Positions 1-10,268 of a stretch of DNA of 64,000 nucleotides are shown here, in pieces. Both the position numbers and the translations under genes were made by a program. How positions within the stretch are numbered: the stretch's first letter is position 1; each line of letters starts with the position of its first letter. Source of the stretch: Bacteroidales bacterium (lineage in GTDB: Bacteria > Bacteroidota > Bacteroidia > Bacteroidales > F082); contig JAFXLL010000014.1 of NCBI GenBank assembly GCA_017531225.1, forward strand, positions 45,390 through 109,389, given 5' to 3'. Under the pieces are notes generated by a model. The model was not told where the DNA came from and made no database searches. It was given only the letters and a program-made list of their open reading frames with translations.

Positions 1-978
1 CAGGGAGTCCGGAAGTTGCAGTGGCTTGCAGCGTAATGGGTTCGTTATAGACTAACTGGTCGGGAATTTCGGTAAAGCTAAGGAACTGCGCAGCCAAACC
101 ACCAGGAATATAACGGATAACGAAGTTGTCAAAGCCGCACCAACCACTGTTGAGCATGAAAATCTTGTCCCAAGTGGCAGGGTCGTTTTTATCTCCACTG
201 CCAGGAGTCAATCCTGCATTGATGCCCTGACATTCAGGCACAGATTCCCATTCACCGTTGGGGATGTTTTCATACATCTCATAGAGCGTGACGGCACCAG
301 CACCATTGTTGGCATCCAGGTCGATGGAGATTTTCCAACGTCCCCAAACCGTACCTCCAATAGGAATGTCATAATCGCAAGCCATAGTGTTGCTGGGCAA
401 TACCACACCGTTCAAAAAATCGATTTCGGTATTGCTTCCTGTGAGCATCATGTACACACCACCATCGGGTGAAGTACTGGTGGGGTCGGGGGTAATGGGT
501 TCGTAGATGTTAGGATGGTTGGGTGCTTTCTTGATAGGAGGCAGAACAGAGCCGTCGCCATTGCCATCGTAGCCGATACCAAACAATGTACCCCACCATT
601 GGCGCAACATGTCACATTCAATTTCAATAATGCCTCCATTGGAAAAGTCGAAACCGTATTGACTGATGTCGTGCGTGGCAATGTCGCCAAAGCCCGTACC
701 CGAGGCATGCGAGAATACACCTAACGTTTCGTCGGCAGTTGGTGTTACAGGCGTATCGCCCCAGTAATGACCCATGTAATCCGTATACATGGGTCCCATG
801 TTGCTGCCACCGTTGCCGGCGCTGTGTGCCCTGACGTACCAACCGTCTTGTCCGTTCAACGGAGGATAAGGTTGGCCACTTCCAACTTGATAATTGTTGA
901 AGTCAAATACTTTTTCAACTTGGGCTTGTGCTCCAAAGGCAAAAGCCAACAAAACGAGAATAATAGATAGCTTTTTCA
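1..978 (-). CDS. Secreted surface protein, N-terminal part only (C-terminus lies beyond window start); paralog of the N-terminal ~330 aa of the adjacent PNGase F-like protein
   Basis: Minus-strand frame is open from ATG (978-976) to the window edge; it is absent from the ORF track because there is no stop in the window. My translation starts MKKLSIILVLLAFAFGAQAQ (signal peptide). It shares DGW..., LTPGSGDKND and F.EIPDQLV.NEPITLQATA.SGLP blocks with ORF 995..3535. Confidence 0.75.
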
Positions 979-994
979 TAGATTTATATTTTAA

Positions 995-3535
995 TTATTT
1001 GATAATCAATTTTTTAGTTACCATTCCGCCACCGAGCATCTTCACAACGTAAATACCCGGAGAGAGCGTACTGATGTCAATGGTGCGTTTGCCTTCCACG
1101 GTGAAATACATCACTTCCTGGCCTTGCATGTTGAGCACCAAGACACTGACAGCGCCTTTTTCGTAATCGGTGCTGACGGTCAACTGGTTGACGGCTGGAT
1201 TGGGATAAAGCTGTGCTTCGAAAGGCTGTTCTGGCTTGAAAGCCTGTACCTCGGTCAGCACATTTTCGTCGTTGCTGTAGGAGATCACCTTGCCTGCCAC
1301 TTTCAGGATTGGGTTGTCGGGAGCGGCACATTCAGTGCAGGTAACGCCATCAACACAATCGGGATAGTTCGGGTGGCATTGGTCTATGTAACTTGGATCA
1401 AACTCATAGAATAATTCCGAATGGCCTGCATTAATGTATTCCGTGAGGTCGAAGTCCCACACCATGCCAATGGATCCAGGACACCATCCGCTACGATGAT
1501 AGGTCCATGTGCCGCTTTGTGGCTGACAGCCCGCCGGATTAGGGTTACAGGCACGCCAAAGGTGTTGTTCAAACTTGTTTTGTCCATTGACAAAAATATG
1601 ATGTGTGGCCTCAAGGAACTCGGCGGCATTGCCGGTGTTGAAGCTATTGTTGGTACCGCTGCTCCAGTTATGGCCTGTGGTGGTGATTTTCAACTTGGCA
1701 GCCACGGCTTGTGAGCTATAATGATAATCTATTGTGGGCACGGGCTGTTGATTGGCATAATCGCCGAAGCTAAAGGTGCCAAACCAAATCTCGTTCACAT
1801 CGACATAGAGATAATCAGGCGTTCCCTTGGTGAAGGTAAAGATCAAATTTGGATTGGTGCCGCTGCCGTTCCAAAGCTCCATATAGAGCTCTATTTCCAC
1901 CAGACCTTGAAGCAATGAGGTGTAATCGCTCACATCCACATCGTCGTCGCACTGCACGCCGAAAGGCGTGAGGTAACGGAACAACTCCACCCATTCGCCA
2001 CGATAGTTGCGCACTTTCACACCACCAACGCGGTCGTATGTATCGCAGTGGCCATCGATGCAGTTATAATCGAAATGGGCCATGATATTGTTGAACACAC
2101 CTACGTGTGAGGGGAAGATGTATTCGCCGCGATCGCTATGCTGAGTCGGGGTGCAAACCAAGTCACCGTGCATGGTCACCACATCCAGTTGGTTGTCAAC
2201 CTGATCGGTCACCTCAAAGCTGGTGTTACGAGTCGTTACCTTACCGCCGCTTTGGGTGACGCTGACGGTCAAGTTATGGTTGGTAAAGCCCGATGGGGTA
2301 AAGAAACCGTAATAATAGCCATTGTCAGGATCGTCGGGATAGTCGGTTGTCAACGGGATATCCACACCGTCGACGTTAGCAACAACTTCAGTAAACTTAA
2401 TAACTTCAGGATGGTCAATATAAGCGGAGACAACAATCATCACGGGATGGCTACCATCCAAATAGACCTTGGTTCCGTCATAAGGACGACGAATGATAAC
2501 TTCGGGATCATAAGCATCGGGATCAACCACTTCGAATGTCTTCACCACATCAGGGGCGGGAAGCCAAATGTCATTGCCGGCTTGGGAGGCTTTGAAACGC
2601 ACCACACCTTCAGCGCCAGTCAGCGTAAGGATATTGCCGCTGATGGTAGCCGGACCCTCGATCATCTCAAATGAGACAGGCAAACCTGATGAAGCGGTAG
2701 CTTGCAAGGTGATGGGATCGTTAAACACCAATTGGTTGGGGATGTCTTCCATCTCGATGAGTTGGGCGTTGCCATCGGGTTGTTGGCGCACCAACAGATT
2801 GTCGAAACCGCCAGTGCTGCCTTGTGAATGGAAGAAGAGTGCATCCCATACCTGATAGTCGTTCTTATCACCTGAACCAGGAGTAAGATGCATATTAACG
2901 TTGGTGGCCGCTGCCTGCTGAATCCACTCACCAGTGCAGCCAGGTTTGACGAACACGGTCACCGCGCCTTCACCGTCGTATGCCGTAAAGTCAAACGACA
3001 TCTTGTAACGGTTCCAGCCGCCCTCGTCGAAGGCAAACTCCACCGAGGTGCCGTTGGGCAGATACAGTTTGGCATGGCCGCTGTCACCTTGGCCTTTGCA
3101 GGACAGATACACACCACCGTCCTCGTCGTTCATACCAGGGAGGATGTGTCCGTCGCCATTGCCGTCGAAGCCAACGCCAAAGAAGTTACCCCACCAAGTA
3201 CGGAGCATGTCCATCTCTAGGTCCATGATGCCGCCTTGCTGGAAGTTGAAGTTGAAATTGGCAGAAGCTTTGCGGGTGGCTGTGCGACCTACGCCGGAAC
3301 CCCCATAAGGATACCACACGGCGATGCTCTCGTCAGGCGACATGTCGGAACCATTCACATAATCCACATCAAAGTCTTGCGAAGAAGCCGCTGTTTGGTA
3401 ATGTGTCATCCAACCATCCTGACCGTTGAGGTTTTGTGAACCTGTCGTCAGATTATTGAAATCATAAAGGTATTCCACTTGGGCTGTTGCCACCAATGAA
3501 ATCGCCAAACAAAGGATTAATAGGATTTTTTTCAT
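995..3535 (-). CDS. PNGase F-like (peptide-N-glycosidase F family) domain protein with T9SS C-terminal sorting domain
   Basis: 846 aa with a signal peptide. Blocks CDTYDRVGGVKVRNYRGEWVELFRYLTPFG, TKGTPDYLY and AAEFLEATHHIFVNGQNKFEQHLWRACNPNPAGCQPQSGTWTYHRSGWCPG align by eye with Elizabethkingia PNGase F (CDEWDRYANVYVKNKTTGEWYEIGRFITPYW ... DRAGWCPG). The C-terminus LYPNPAVNQLTV...GIYVVKM...KKLIIK is a typical Por/T9SS CTD. Confidence 0.85.
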   Translation of the reverse strand: MKKILLILCLAISLVATAQVEYLYDFNNLTTGSQNLNGQDGWMTHYQTAASSQDFDVDYVNGSDMSPDESIAVWYPYGGSGVGRTATRKASANFNFNFQQGGIMDLEMDMLRTWWGNFFGVGFDGNGDGHILPGMNDEDGGVYLSCKGQGDSGHAKLYLPNGTSVEFAFDEGGWNRYKMSFDFTAYDGEGAVTVFVKPGCTGEWIQQAAATNVNMHLTPGSGDKNDYQVWDALFFHSQGSTGGFDNLLVRQQPDGNAQLIEMEDIPNQLVFNDPITLQATASSGLPVSFEMIEGPATISGNILTLTGAEGVVRFKASQAGNDIWLPAPDVVKTFEVVDPDAYDPEVIIRRPYDGTKVYLDGSHPVMIVVSAYIDHPEVIKFTEVVANVDGVDIPLTTDYPDDPDNGYYYGFFTPSGFTNHNLTVSVTQSGGKVTTRNTSFEVTDQVDNQLDVVTMHGDLVCTPTQHSDRGEYIFPSHVGVFNNIMAHFDYNCIDGHCDTYDRVGGVKVRNYRGEWVELFRYLTPFGVQCDDDVDVSDYTSLLQGLVEIELYMELWNGSGTNPNLIFTFTKGTPDYLYVDVNEIWFGTFSFGDYANQQPVPTIDYHYSSQAVAAKLKITTTGHNWSSGTNNSFNTGNAAEFLEATHHIFVNGQNKFEQHLWRACNPNPAGCQPQSGTWTYHRSGWCPGSIGMVWDFDLTEYINAGHSELFYEFDPSYIDQCHPNYPDCVDGVTCTECAAPDNPILKVAGKVISYSNDENVLTEVQAFKPEQPFEAQLYPNPAVNQLTVSTDYEKGAVSVLVLNMQGQEVMYFTVEGKRTIDISTLSPGIYVVKMLGGGMVTKKLIIK

Positions 3536-3536
3536 A

Positions 3537-5249
3537 TCAATAATTTGTCATCCACCACACAGGAGTTTGCCTGGTGTCGCCATGCAACATTCTGGCTAAC
3601 TGTGTGACGTAGTTATCATAGTTATATTCGATCTCGGTTTGAGGATATTCCATCCTGTAGGAAGTCAGCTTGGTGTGATTGGTGGTGGTAGGTGTCATCT
3701 TGGTACGACGAGCCAGAGCCCAAGCTTCCCAAGGTTGACGGAAGAGATTCAGCCAACGCTGCTGATAGATCATCTTCAGGTAAAACTCCTGGCTGCCGTC
3801 ATAATCGGGATTCATCCAAATGGCATAATTCATCACATTGGCTGCCATGTTGTTACAGTACGACCAAATATCCAAATCGCCGATGAAGCTGGTGTATTGT
3901 GGATAAAAATAGGTCCAACGGCTTGTATTTCCTGGCATATGAGTCCAGAAGAGGAACGACTGGTAGACACCCTGACGAATGGATTCATCGGGATTCAAAG
4001 GAGGTGTGATACCACCAATGTTTCTGACTTCGATTTCTGCTTTCATGAACAGGACATCGGCATAGGTGACGAAGATTTGTGGGACGTATTTTTCATCACG
4101 GGTCAGGTAATAGTTGAAAGAAGAGAACAGGCACGATGGTCCTTTGAAGGTATAGTTGCCGTCACGCGACTGAGCGTAAGGTGAGCCGCCTTCAACAGGT
4201 GTTTCAGCGGTACGTATCTGTGGATAGGCCCTCCAAGCGCCATCGGGGAAACTGTCAGTCTTATGGTTCGTATCGAAGAACAGGAAAGTGCGATAGTCGT
4301 AGATGCCGCTGCCATCCATGTCGTCAGTGGAAGAGAGACAACTCCACACGGTTTCACCCATGCGAAGGTTCTTGTGTTCACGGAACGACCAGTTATTATC
4401 CCAGTTGGTTCCCAATACGCTGGGCCACAAGCAGATGCCACCACCTAAAGCCATACCGCCAGAAGAACTCATTGCGGTATAAATGAAGTTGTAAGCGTCC
4501 ACCAAAATAGGCGTAGCGAAATTAGGATCCTTGTCGTACATGCGCAAGCCGTGACGCAGGATGAGCGAGTTGGCGAATTCGGCCCAAAGGGTGTAATTAT
4601 TGCTGAGCAACACATCGTATGGTAACTTGTAATACTCGTTGCCCGATGGCGTAGTTAACGAATCGGCATGTAAGACATTACGCGACCAAACCAATTCTTC
4701 CAACAATGATTTGTAGATGCTCTCCTGAGTATCCCATTCGGGTTTCATGGTCTCTTGGGTCGTGCCTTCTTGCCAAATCAAACTGGCTTGAGAGTAAGGA
4801 ATGTCTCCAAAGATATCAGATACTTTAAAAGTCTGATAGGCTTTCAAAACATTCAGTTGGGCACGCACTTTATCGCAAATAGCGTCATCATCCACTTCTT
4901 TGCCTTGTTCGGTGAAACGCTGTTCCAAAGCCCTGATATTGGTCAGCATATTGTAGTAATCTGACCAAACAGACGCTGTGCCAATCTGTGAGTTACCCCA
5001 AGCATCAGAGATCAAAGCACCGAGTTCCGTTTCAGGGTACCATATCTCGTTTTGCAGGTAAAACTGCTCGTTCATGTTTTGTTGCATAGCTTTCACCACG
5101 CCGTTAAACAAGGCTTCTGTGGTTGTTCCCGTTGGCAGGAACGGGTTTTGGTTCATCTCCTCGAAGTTTTTGGTGCATGATGAAACCGACAGCAAAATCG
5201 TCATTGCGAGGATGAACGACGAAGCAATCCATATATTATTCTTTCTCAT
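3537..5249 (-). CDS. SusD/RagB-family nutrient-binding outer-membrane lipoprotein
   Basis: 570 aa. Lipoprotein signal (LLSVSSC). Sits immediately downstream of a SusC-like gene, with length and composition typical of SusD-like proteins. There is a 1-nt gap to the next gene. Confidence 0.88.
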   Translation of the reverse strand: MRKNNIWIASSFILAMTILLSVSSCTKNFEEMNQNPFLPTGTTTEALFNGVVKAMQQNMNEQFYLQNEIWYPETELGALISDAWGNSQIGTASVWSDYYNMLTNIRALEQRFTEQGKEVDDDAICDKVRAQLNVLKAYQTFKVSDIFGDIPYSQASLIWQEGTTQETMKPEWDTQESIYKSLLEELVWSRNVLHADSLTTPSGNEYYKLPYDVLLSNNYTLWAEFANSLILRHGLRMYDKDPNFATPILVDAYNFIYTAMSSSGGMALGGGICLWPSVLGTNWDNNWSFREHKNLRMGETVWSCLSSTDDMDGSGIYDYRTFLFFDTNHKTDSFPDGAWRAYPQIRTAETPVEGGSPYAQSRDGNYTFKGPSCLFSSFNYYLTRDEKYVPQIFVTYADVLFMKAEIEVRNIGGITPPLNPDESIRQGVYQSFLFWTHMPGNTSRWTYFYPQYTSFIGDLDIWSYCNNMAANVMNYAIWMNPDYDGSQEFYLKMIYQQRWLNLFRQPWEAWALARRTKMTPTTTNHTKLTSYRMEYPQTEIEYNYDNYVTQLARMLHGDTRQTPVWWMTNY

Positions 5250-5260
5250 AGCTCAAAACT

Positions 5261-8200
5261 TTATAGATTAATCTTTAAAGATAACATGACCGACCGAGTT
5301 CCTGGATAGGAGGCATATTCCAGACCTTGGGCGTTGCCCGATCCGAGGGTTCCCTCGGGATTGATGTTGTCGGGTAAGGTTTTGTAGAAGTAGAATAGGT
5401 CGCGACCCACCAGCGAGAGGGAGATCTGCTTGAAAAATTTTTGCTTGTCAAGCAATTTACGTGGGAAGTCGTAGGTCAAAGAGATTTCACGCATCTTAAT
5501 CCAAGTGTTGTTGACAATACCTGGGGTGGTGAGGATGTTACCCCAGCCACCGTAGTTGGGCATGTATTTGTAAAGATAATGCACCACGTTTTCGTTTTCA
5601 TGAGCTTCGCCAGTCTCGGTGTTGATGCAATAGCCGGGCAAAACCACGCCATAATTGCCAAGGAACTCTCCGTTTTCGTAATACGGCAGGCCGTTGCCCT
5701 CACGTTCATAGAGCGTCGCGGGACTTTGACCTGTTTGCATGCCAACCACGTAGGAAGCGCAATAGATTTGGCCTCCTAACTTGGCATCCACTAAGGCGTA
5801 GAGCGACCAGTTTTTGTATGAAGCCCTCAGGTTGATACCGCCAGTAACTACAGGAGCGCAGTTACCTACAGGCACACGGTTGGCAGTCTTCAGGTATTCC
5901 GTACCGGTTTCATTGATCAATGGCATGGGATTACCTTTGGCATCGTAGAATGGACCCACTACTGTACCGTCGGCCATAGTGTATTCATACACGTAGTCCC
6001 AACCGTAGATAGTGCCGTATTCGTCGCCTTCTTCTACCGCGATAGCGGGACCGTTAGAGCCCCAGATTTCGGATAGCATATACATGTTGGCGCCAGCCAA
6101 ATCCACGATCTTGTTCTTGTTGCGGGCCAGGTTCAATCCCACTTGTACGCCATAGTCTTTTCCGCTGGTAATGTCGTAGGTCATGATGGCCTCGATACCT
6201 TTGTTGGTCACCACACCAGTGTTGATGGTCACGTTTGATGCTCCTGATGACGGAGCCACTGGCGACGATAGGATCTGATCCCACGAATAGATGTCGTAGT
6301 AGGTGAAGTCCATGTTGAAACGGGCACCTAAGCCTAAGTCGAGACCGACCTCAAAGGCACGCTGGCGCTGGGGTTTCAGCTCCAAGGGAGGCACCGTGGT
6401 GGGAAGTGTTGATGATAACTGATGTCCAAATGAACCCGTCGAATAGGTATAGTTGAGTTGATAAGGATCAGTGTCGCTTGCAGTCTGTGCCCAAGAACCT
6501 CTTAACTTCAGGAAACTGACGATACCCCAGTTCCAGTCCTTGAATGCCGAAGTAGGCACAAAACTCAAGGTTGCGGAAGGATAGAAGTAGCTGTTGTTGT
6601 TGATAGGAAGGGTCGACGACCAGTCGTTACGGCCTGTCACATCCAAAAACAGCCAGTCGCTATAGCTTAAGTTGAGGAAAGCATAGAGCGAATTCACTTG
6701 TTTTTCCCATTTCGACTCGCCGAAATTGATTTCCGTGGCCGACGAGTAGTTATAGATGGTATAAAGGTTGGCATAAGCCCAGGTGCCGGAAGTGGTGTTC
6801 AAACCATCGCGGTAGCCATAGTATTGTTCACCACCGAAAGAGATGCGTCCGTTGAACTTGGATCCGAACATCTTTTCCTTGTGAGCCGTGATCAGGAAGT
6901 CCATATCGCGGGTAAGGCTGGTCGATTTGTTCTTTGAATAATAGCCCCCAGTCATACCATTAGCTTCTGTGGGTTTATTCTTGGTGGTGTAGTTGTCGGC
7001 CGTCCAGTCCAAAGCTACCTTAGCAGAGGCGGTGAGCCAGGGTGTGATATCGTAGAACAACCGTACAGAACCGAACATCTTGTCACGATCGAGGGTCGTG
7101 TTGTTATTGTAGAATGACCAGAATAGGCTGCTGCTGATATATTGGTAAGGATAACCGTCAAAATGGTTCATTGTGCCGTCAGGGTTCTCGTAGGAGGCGG
7201 ATTCAATTCCTTTCCAGCTACGAGGCCAGCTGTAGAGCAAGCCTTTATTGAAGTTACTCTGCGATTCACCGATTTCAGGAGAATTCAGACGGAAGTAGTC
7301 CAAATAAGTGAAGGCTACATCGACTTTGATCTTGTCGGATACATTGAGCAATGATCCTACATTAACTGTGGTTTGGCGCAGGTTGCAGTTGTCGATGATG
7401 GCATCGGTTCTCGAGTCGGTGAACGACACGCGGATGCTTCCAAAGTCGCCTGCATTTTGCAGTGCGATGTTGTTGTTCAAAGTGTGACCATATTTGTAGA
7501 GCATACTGAGGTTGTCGGGCTGTGGTGAATAGTCACGCACTACGCCGTCCCACCAAAGCACGCTTTCGCCGTTCATTGCGGGACCCCAGCTTTGGGCAGC
7601 GCCGTAATAACCGAAGGTGGTGTTGGTAGGTTCACCCGCCGGACCGTCGTCGACGCTGTAAATACCTGGGTATTCATACACCTGGTTTCCATTGTCGTCA
7701 ACCATTCCATCAATGGGGGTGAGGGTTGGCGTGTGGAAGGTGATAGGACCTCCGGCGCCGTATTTGTTTTGGACCGAACGATAGAGATAAGGCTGTGTTA
7801 CCTTATAGCCGACGGAATAGGAGATGCCCAAACCACGTTGTTTGCTACCTTTCTTGGTGGTGATGAGCAACACGCCATTACCGCCTCGTGAGCCGTAAAG
7901 AGCTGCCGCAGTAGGGCCCTTGAGAATGTCGATGTTCTCGATGTCTTCTTGGTTGATGTTGTTGAGGGCAGTACCCCAGTCGCGTCCGCCGCTCCATTCG
8001 GTAATGCCGCCTTCGTTGCTCATCGGTACTCCGTCTACCACAATTAGCGGCTGGTTGTCACCGAAGATGCTATTGTTACCACGGATGACGATACGAGAGG
8101 AGCCGCCGTCGACACCAGTAGGATTGATGATTTGCACACCAGCGGAACGACCGCTAAGAGCGCTAATCACGCTACCCGAACCTGATCGCGCAACTAGGTC

Positions 8201-8587
8201 GCCTCCGATTTCTTCAGTGGCATAGCCGAGTTCTCGTTTTTGACGTTTGATGCCCAAGGCAGTCACCACCACGTCATCCAACATTTGTGCGTCTTGTTCA
8301 AGGGTGACGTTGATTTTGTTGCGGCCGTTCACTGGGATCTCTTGGGGGGTAAAGCCCACAAAGCCGAATACCAGGGTTCCTTTGGGATTTACGTTAATGC
8401 TGTAGTTACCGTCAATGTCGGTGACGGTGCCACCACTGACACCTTTTACGGTGACGTTGACACCAGGGAGCCCCAATCCGTCGTCGCTGGAGATCACTTT
8501 ACCTGTAACCATGATGTTCTGGGCTTTCAAACCCAGAGGAATAAACAACATGGCAAGCAAAAAGAATAGTAAATACTTTTTATTCAT
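5261..8587 (-). CDS. SusC/RagA-family TonB-dependent outer-membrane transporter
   Basis: 1108 aa. Signal peptide, then a carboxypeptidase-regulatory-like N-domain (NIMVTGKVISSDDGLGLPGVNVTVKGVSGGTVTDIDGNYSI). Plug region (VVVTALGIKRQKRELGY, DIENIDILKGPTAAALYGSRGGNGVLLITTKKG). C-terminal beta-barrel ending in ...SLKINL. Confidence 0.93.
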   Translation of the reverse strand: MNKKYLLFFLLAMLFIPLGLKAQNIMVTGKVISSDDGLGLPGVNVTVKGVSGGTVTDIDGNYSINVNPKGTLVFGFVGFTPQEIPVNGRNKINVTLEQDAQMLDDVVVTALGIKRQKRELGYATEEIGGDLVARSGSGSVISALSGRSAGVQIINPTGVDGGSSRIVIRGNNSIFGDNQPLIVVDGVPMSNEGGITEWSGGRDWGTALNNINQEDIENIDILKGPTAAALYGSRGGNGVLLITTKKGSKQRGLGISYSVGYKVTQPYLYRSVQNKYGAGGPITFHTPTLTPIDGMVDDNGNQVYEYPGIYSVDDGPAGEPTNTTFGYYGAAQSWGPAMNGESVLWWDGVVRDYSPQPDNLSMLYKYGHTLNNNIALQNAGDFGSIRVSFTDSRTDAIIDNCNLRQTTVNVGSLLNVSDKIKVDVAFTYLDYFRLNSPEIGESQSNFNKGLLYSWPRSWKGIESASYENPDGTMNHFDGYPYQYISSSLFWSFYNNNTTLDRDKMFGSVRLFYDITPWLTASAKVALDWTADNYTTKNKPTEANGMTGGYYSKNKSTSLTRDMDFLITAHKEKMFGSKFNGRISFGGEQYYGYRDGLNTTSGTWAYANLYTIYNYSSATEINFGESKWEKQVNSLYAFLNLSYSDWLFLDVTGRNDWSSTLPINNNSYFYPSATLSFVPTSAFKDWNWGIVSFLKLRGSWAQTASDTDPYQLNYTYSTGSFGHQLSSTLPTTVPPLELKPQRQRAFEVGLDLGLGARFNMDFTYYDIYSWDQILSSPVAPSSGASNVTINTGVVTNKGIEAIMTYDITSGKDYGVQVGLNLARNKNKIVDLAGANMYMLSEIWGSNGPAIAVEEGDEYGTIYGWDYVYEYTMADGTVVGPFYDAKGNPMPLINETGTEYLKTANRVPVGNCAPVVTGGINLRASYKNWSLYALVDAKLGGQIYCASYVVGMQTGQSPATLYEREGNGLPYYENGEFLGNYGVVLPGYCINTETGEAHENENVVHYLYKYMPNYGGWGNILTTPGIVNNTWIKMREISLTYDFPRKLLDKQKFFKQISLSLVGRDLFYFYKTLPDNINPEGTLGSGNAQGLEYASYPGTRSVMLSLKINL

Positions 8588-8639
8588 AAATATATAAAAT
8601 TTATCTTTTTATTAAGATATAATCCACTTTTTTACGGGA

Positions 8640-8647
8640 CAAATATA
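8640..8647 (-). promoter_or_regulatory. Candidate Bacteroidetes -7 promoter box (TATATTTG) for the SusC operon
   Basis: Reverse complement of caaatata matches TAnnTTTG. It lies ~53 nt upstream of the SusC ATG in an AT-rich gap. Confidence 0.4.
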
Positions 8648-8718
8648 AAAAAATGATTCTTAATGATTTATTTCTCCCGAATAAAAAGTATCGCAGATTA
8701 ATCTTGACCTAAGAGGTC

Positions 8719-10251
8719 TTACCTGTATGGATTATACCTTCCGACGGTGGATACGTAAATCTCCACTCGGCGGTTTTTGGCGCGGCCAGATGCGGTGTCG
8801 TTGCCGGCCACGGGATGGTTGTAAGATTCTCCGCTGGTGGTGATGTTGTTAACGCCTTTCTTTTTCAAGTAGTCAGCTACCATTCGGGCACGATTGACGG
8901 CCACAGCCTCGTTTACCTCGGAGGTGCCGGTATTGTCGGCATGGCCGATCACAGTCACTTGACAGGAGCCAATTCCCTTGATTTCTTTAGCCAAGGCATC
9001 AAGTTGCTTGGTATCCTCCTTCGATAGCGTCTTGCTGTCCACATTGGAAAGCGTGTAGGTCTTTACACCTTTGGTGTTGGTGTTTTTCAACATGGAACTG
9101 GTGGAAACGGAATAGTTTGGCGATTCGGTATTTTTAATCAGGCCGCAACCTTGCAGCAGTGCCACCAGCATCAAAATGGTGAGACCATAGGTTATAGTGG
9201 ATTTAGGTCCTTGTAGCGGTGTGCCGCACTCTTCGCAGAAGCGGCTGCCTTCAGTGATTGATGCGCCACAATTGGGGCATACATGTTGTTTCGGTGTTTC
9301 CATAACGGGTTCCTCCTCCTCATCTATGAATATTTCTTTGTTTACGGTTTTTTTGTTTTTCTTATTGAATACAAAGAGTATCAGCGCAATAAGAATGGCT
9401 GCTATGCCGATGACGATAATGTATTTGACCACCGGACTCTTTTCATCATTATCAACCCACTCCTCATAGTCCGCTTCCTCTTCTTCGTCAAGAGTTTCAT
9501 CGTACGAGTCTTCAGTATCTTCATCGTTTTCATAGTCGTCATAGGTTGCTTCGGAAACTTCAGAATCTTCGGCAGATACTTCATCAATGTCTTCAAAACC
9601 AGTGTCTTCAAACGTCTCCCATGCTTCGTTAGATTCCGTCGCTACACTTTCTTCTTCCCAAGTTGATACCTCTTCCAATGGGGTTGTTTCGGTGGATTCG
9701 ATGTCTTGAGAATCATTGGAAGCAGTGTTGGAAGCAGAGGCCACCATTTCGCCGTCCCATGCGTAAGTATAAATGGCTTCCATGCCGTTGCAAGTGTACA
9801 CGATCGTCATTTCCGCACCGCTTGAGGGGGTCTTCGACATCAGGGTCGCAGTCTCAGGTGGGGTTACTTGGTTGCGTCCGGCAGCATCAGTCGCCGGATA
9901 GCCATTCACCGTCACTTTGGCGTATGGTGAATAGTTGAGCCGTGGTCCTTTTTCGGAAAAAACGATACGCACCGAGATATCCTCACCAGGGGCATAGCTC
10001 TTTTGGGGTTCGTTGAATGTGGCCTTGGAGGAATAGACATCCATCTGGGTGCCGTTGGTGACTTTGCGTTCGTATTGGAACACGCCTTTTTTATAGGAAC
10101 AGTCGATACGGACTTTTTGGCCGTTTTCCCAGCGTCCACCGGTGCCGTTCACCTTGGTTCCTATGAGTTTCCAACCATCGGCCCAAGCCATTTGGAGGGC
10201 GCAGCAAAGCATCAGCGCGGTTAAAAGACTTTTTTTCAGATTCAGTTTCAT
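8719..10251 (-). CDS. Mosaic envelope protein: signal peptide, private repeat module, acidic linker, TM, cytoplasmic zinc ribbon, second TM/lipobox-like segment, OmpA peptidoglycan-binding domain
   Basis: 510 aa. Zinc ribbon: CPNCGASITEGSRFCEECG. OmpA motif: VTVIGHADNTGTSEVNEAVAVNRARMVADYLKKKG...GRAKNRRVEIYV. D/E-rich stretch of ~95 aa. Two hydrophobic segments (YIIVIGIAAILIALILFVF; ITYGLTILMLVALLQGCG). Confidence 0.8.
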   Translation of the reverse strand: MKLNLKKSLLTALMLCCALQMAWADGWKLIGTKVNGTGGRWENGQKVRIDCSYKKGVFQYERKVTNGTQMDVYSSKATFNEPQKSYAPGEDISVRIVFSEKGPRLNYSPYAKVTVNGYPATDAAGRNQVTPPETATLMSKTPSSGAEMTIVYTCNGMEAIYTYAWDGEMVASASNTASNDSQDIESTETTPLEEVSTWEEESVATESNEAWETFEDTGFEDIDEVSAEDSEVSEATYDDYENDEDTEDSYDETLDEEEEADYEEWVDNDEKSPVVKYIIVIGIAAILIALILFVFNKKNKKTVNKEIFIDEEEEPVMETPKQHVCPNCGASITEGSRFCEECGTPLQGPKSTITYGLTILMLVALLQGCGLIKNTESPNYSVSTSSMLKNTNTKGVKTYTLSNVDSKTLSKEDTKQLDALAKEIKGIGSCQVTVIGHADNTGTSEVNEAVAVNRARMVADYLKKKGVNNITTSGESYNHPVAGNDTASGRAKNRRVEIYVSTVGRYNPYR

Positions 10252-10268
10252 GGTATATGCTTTCGTTT

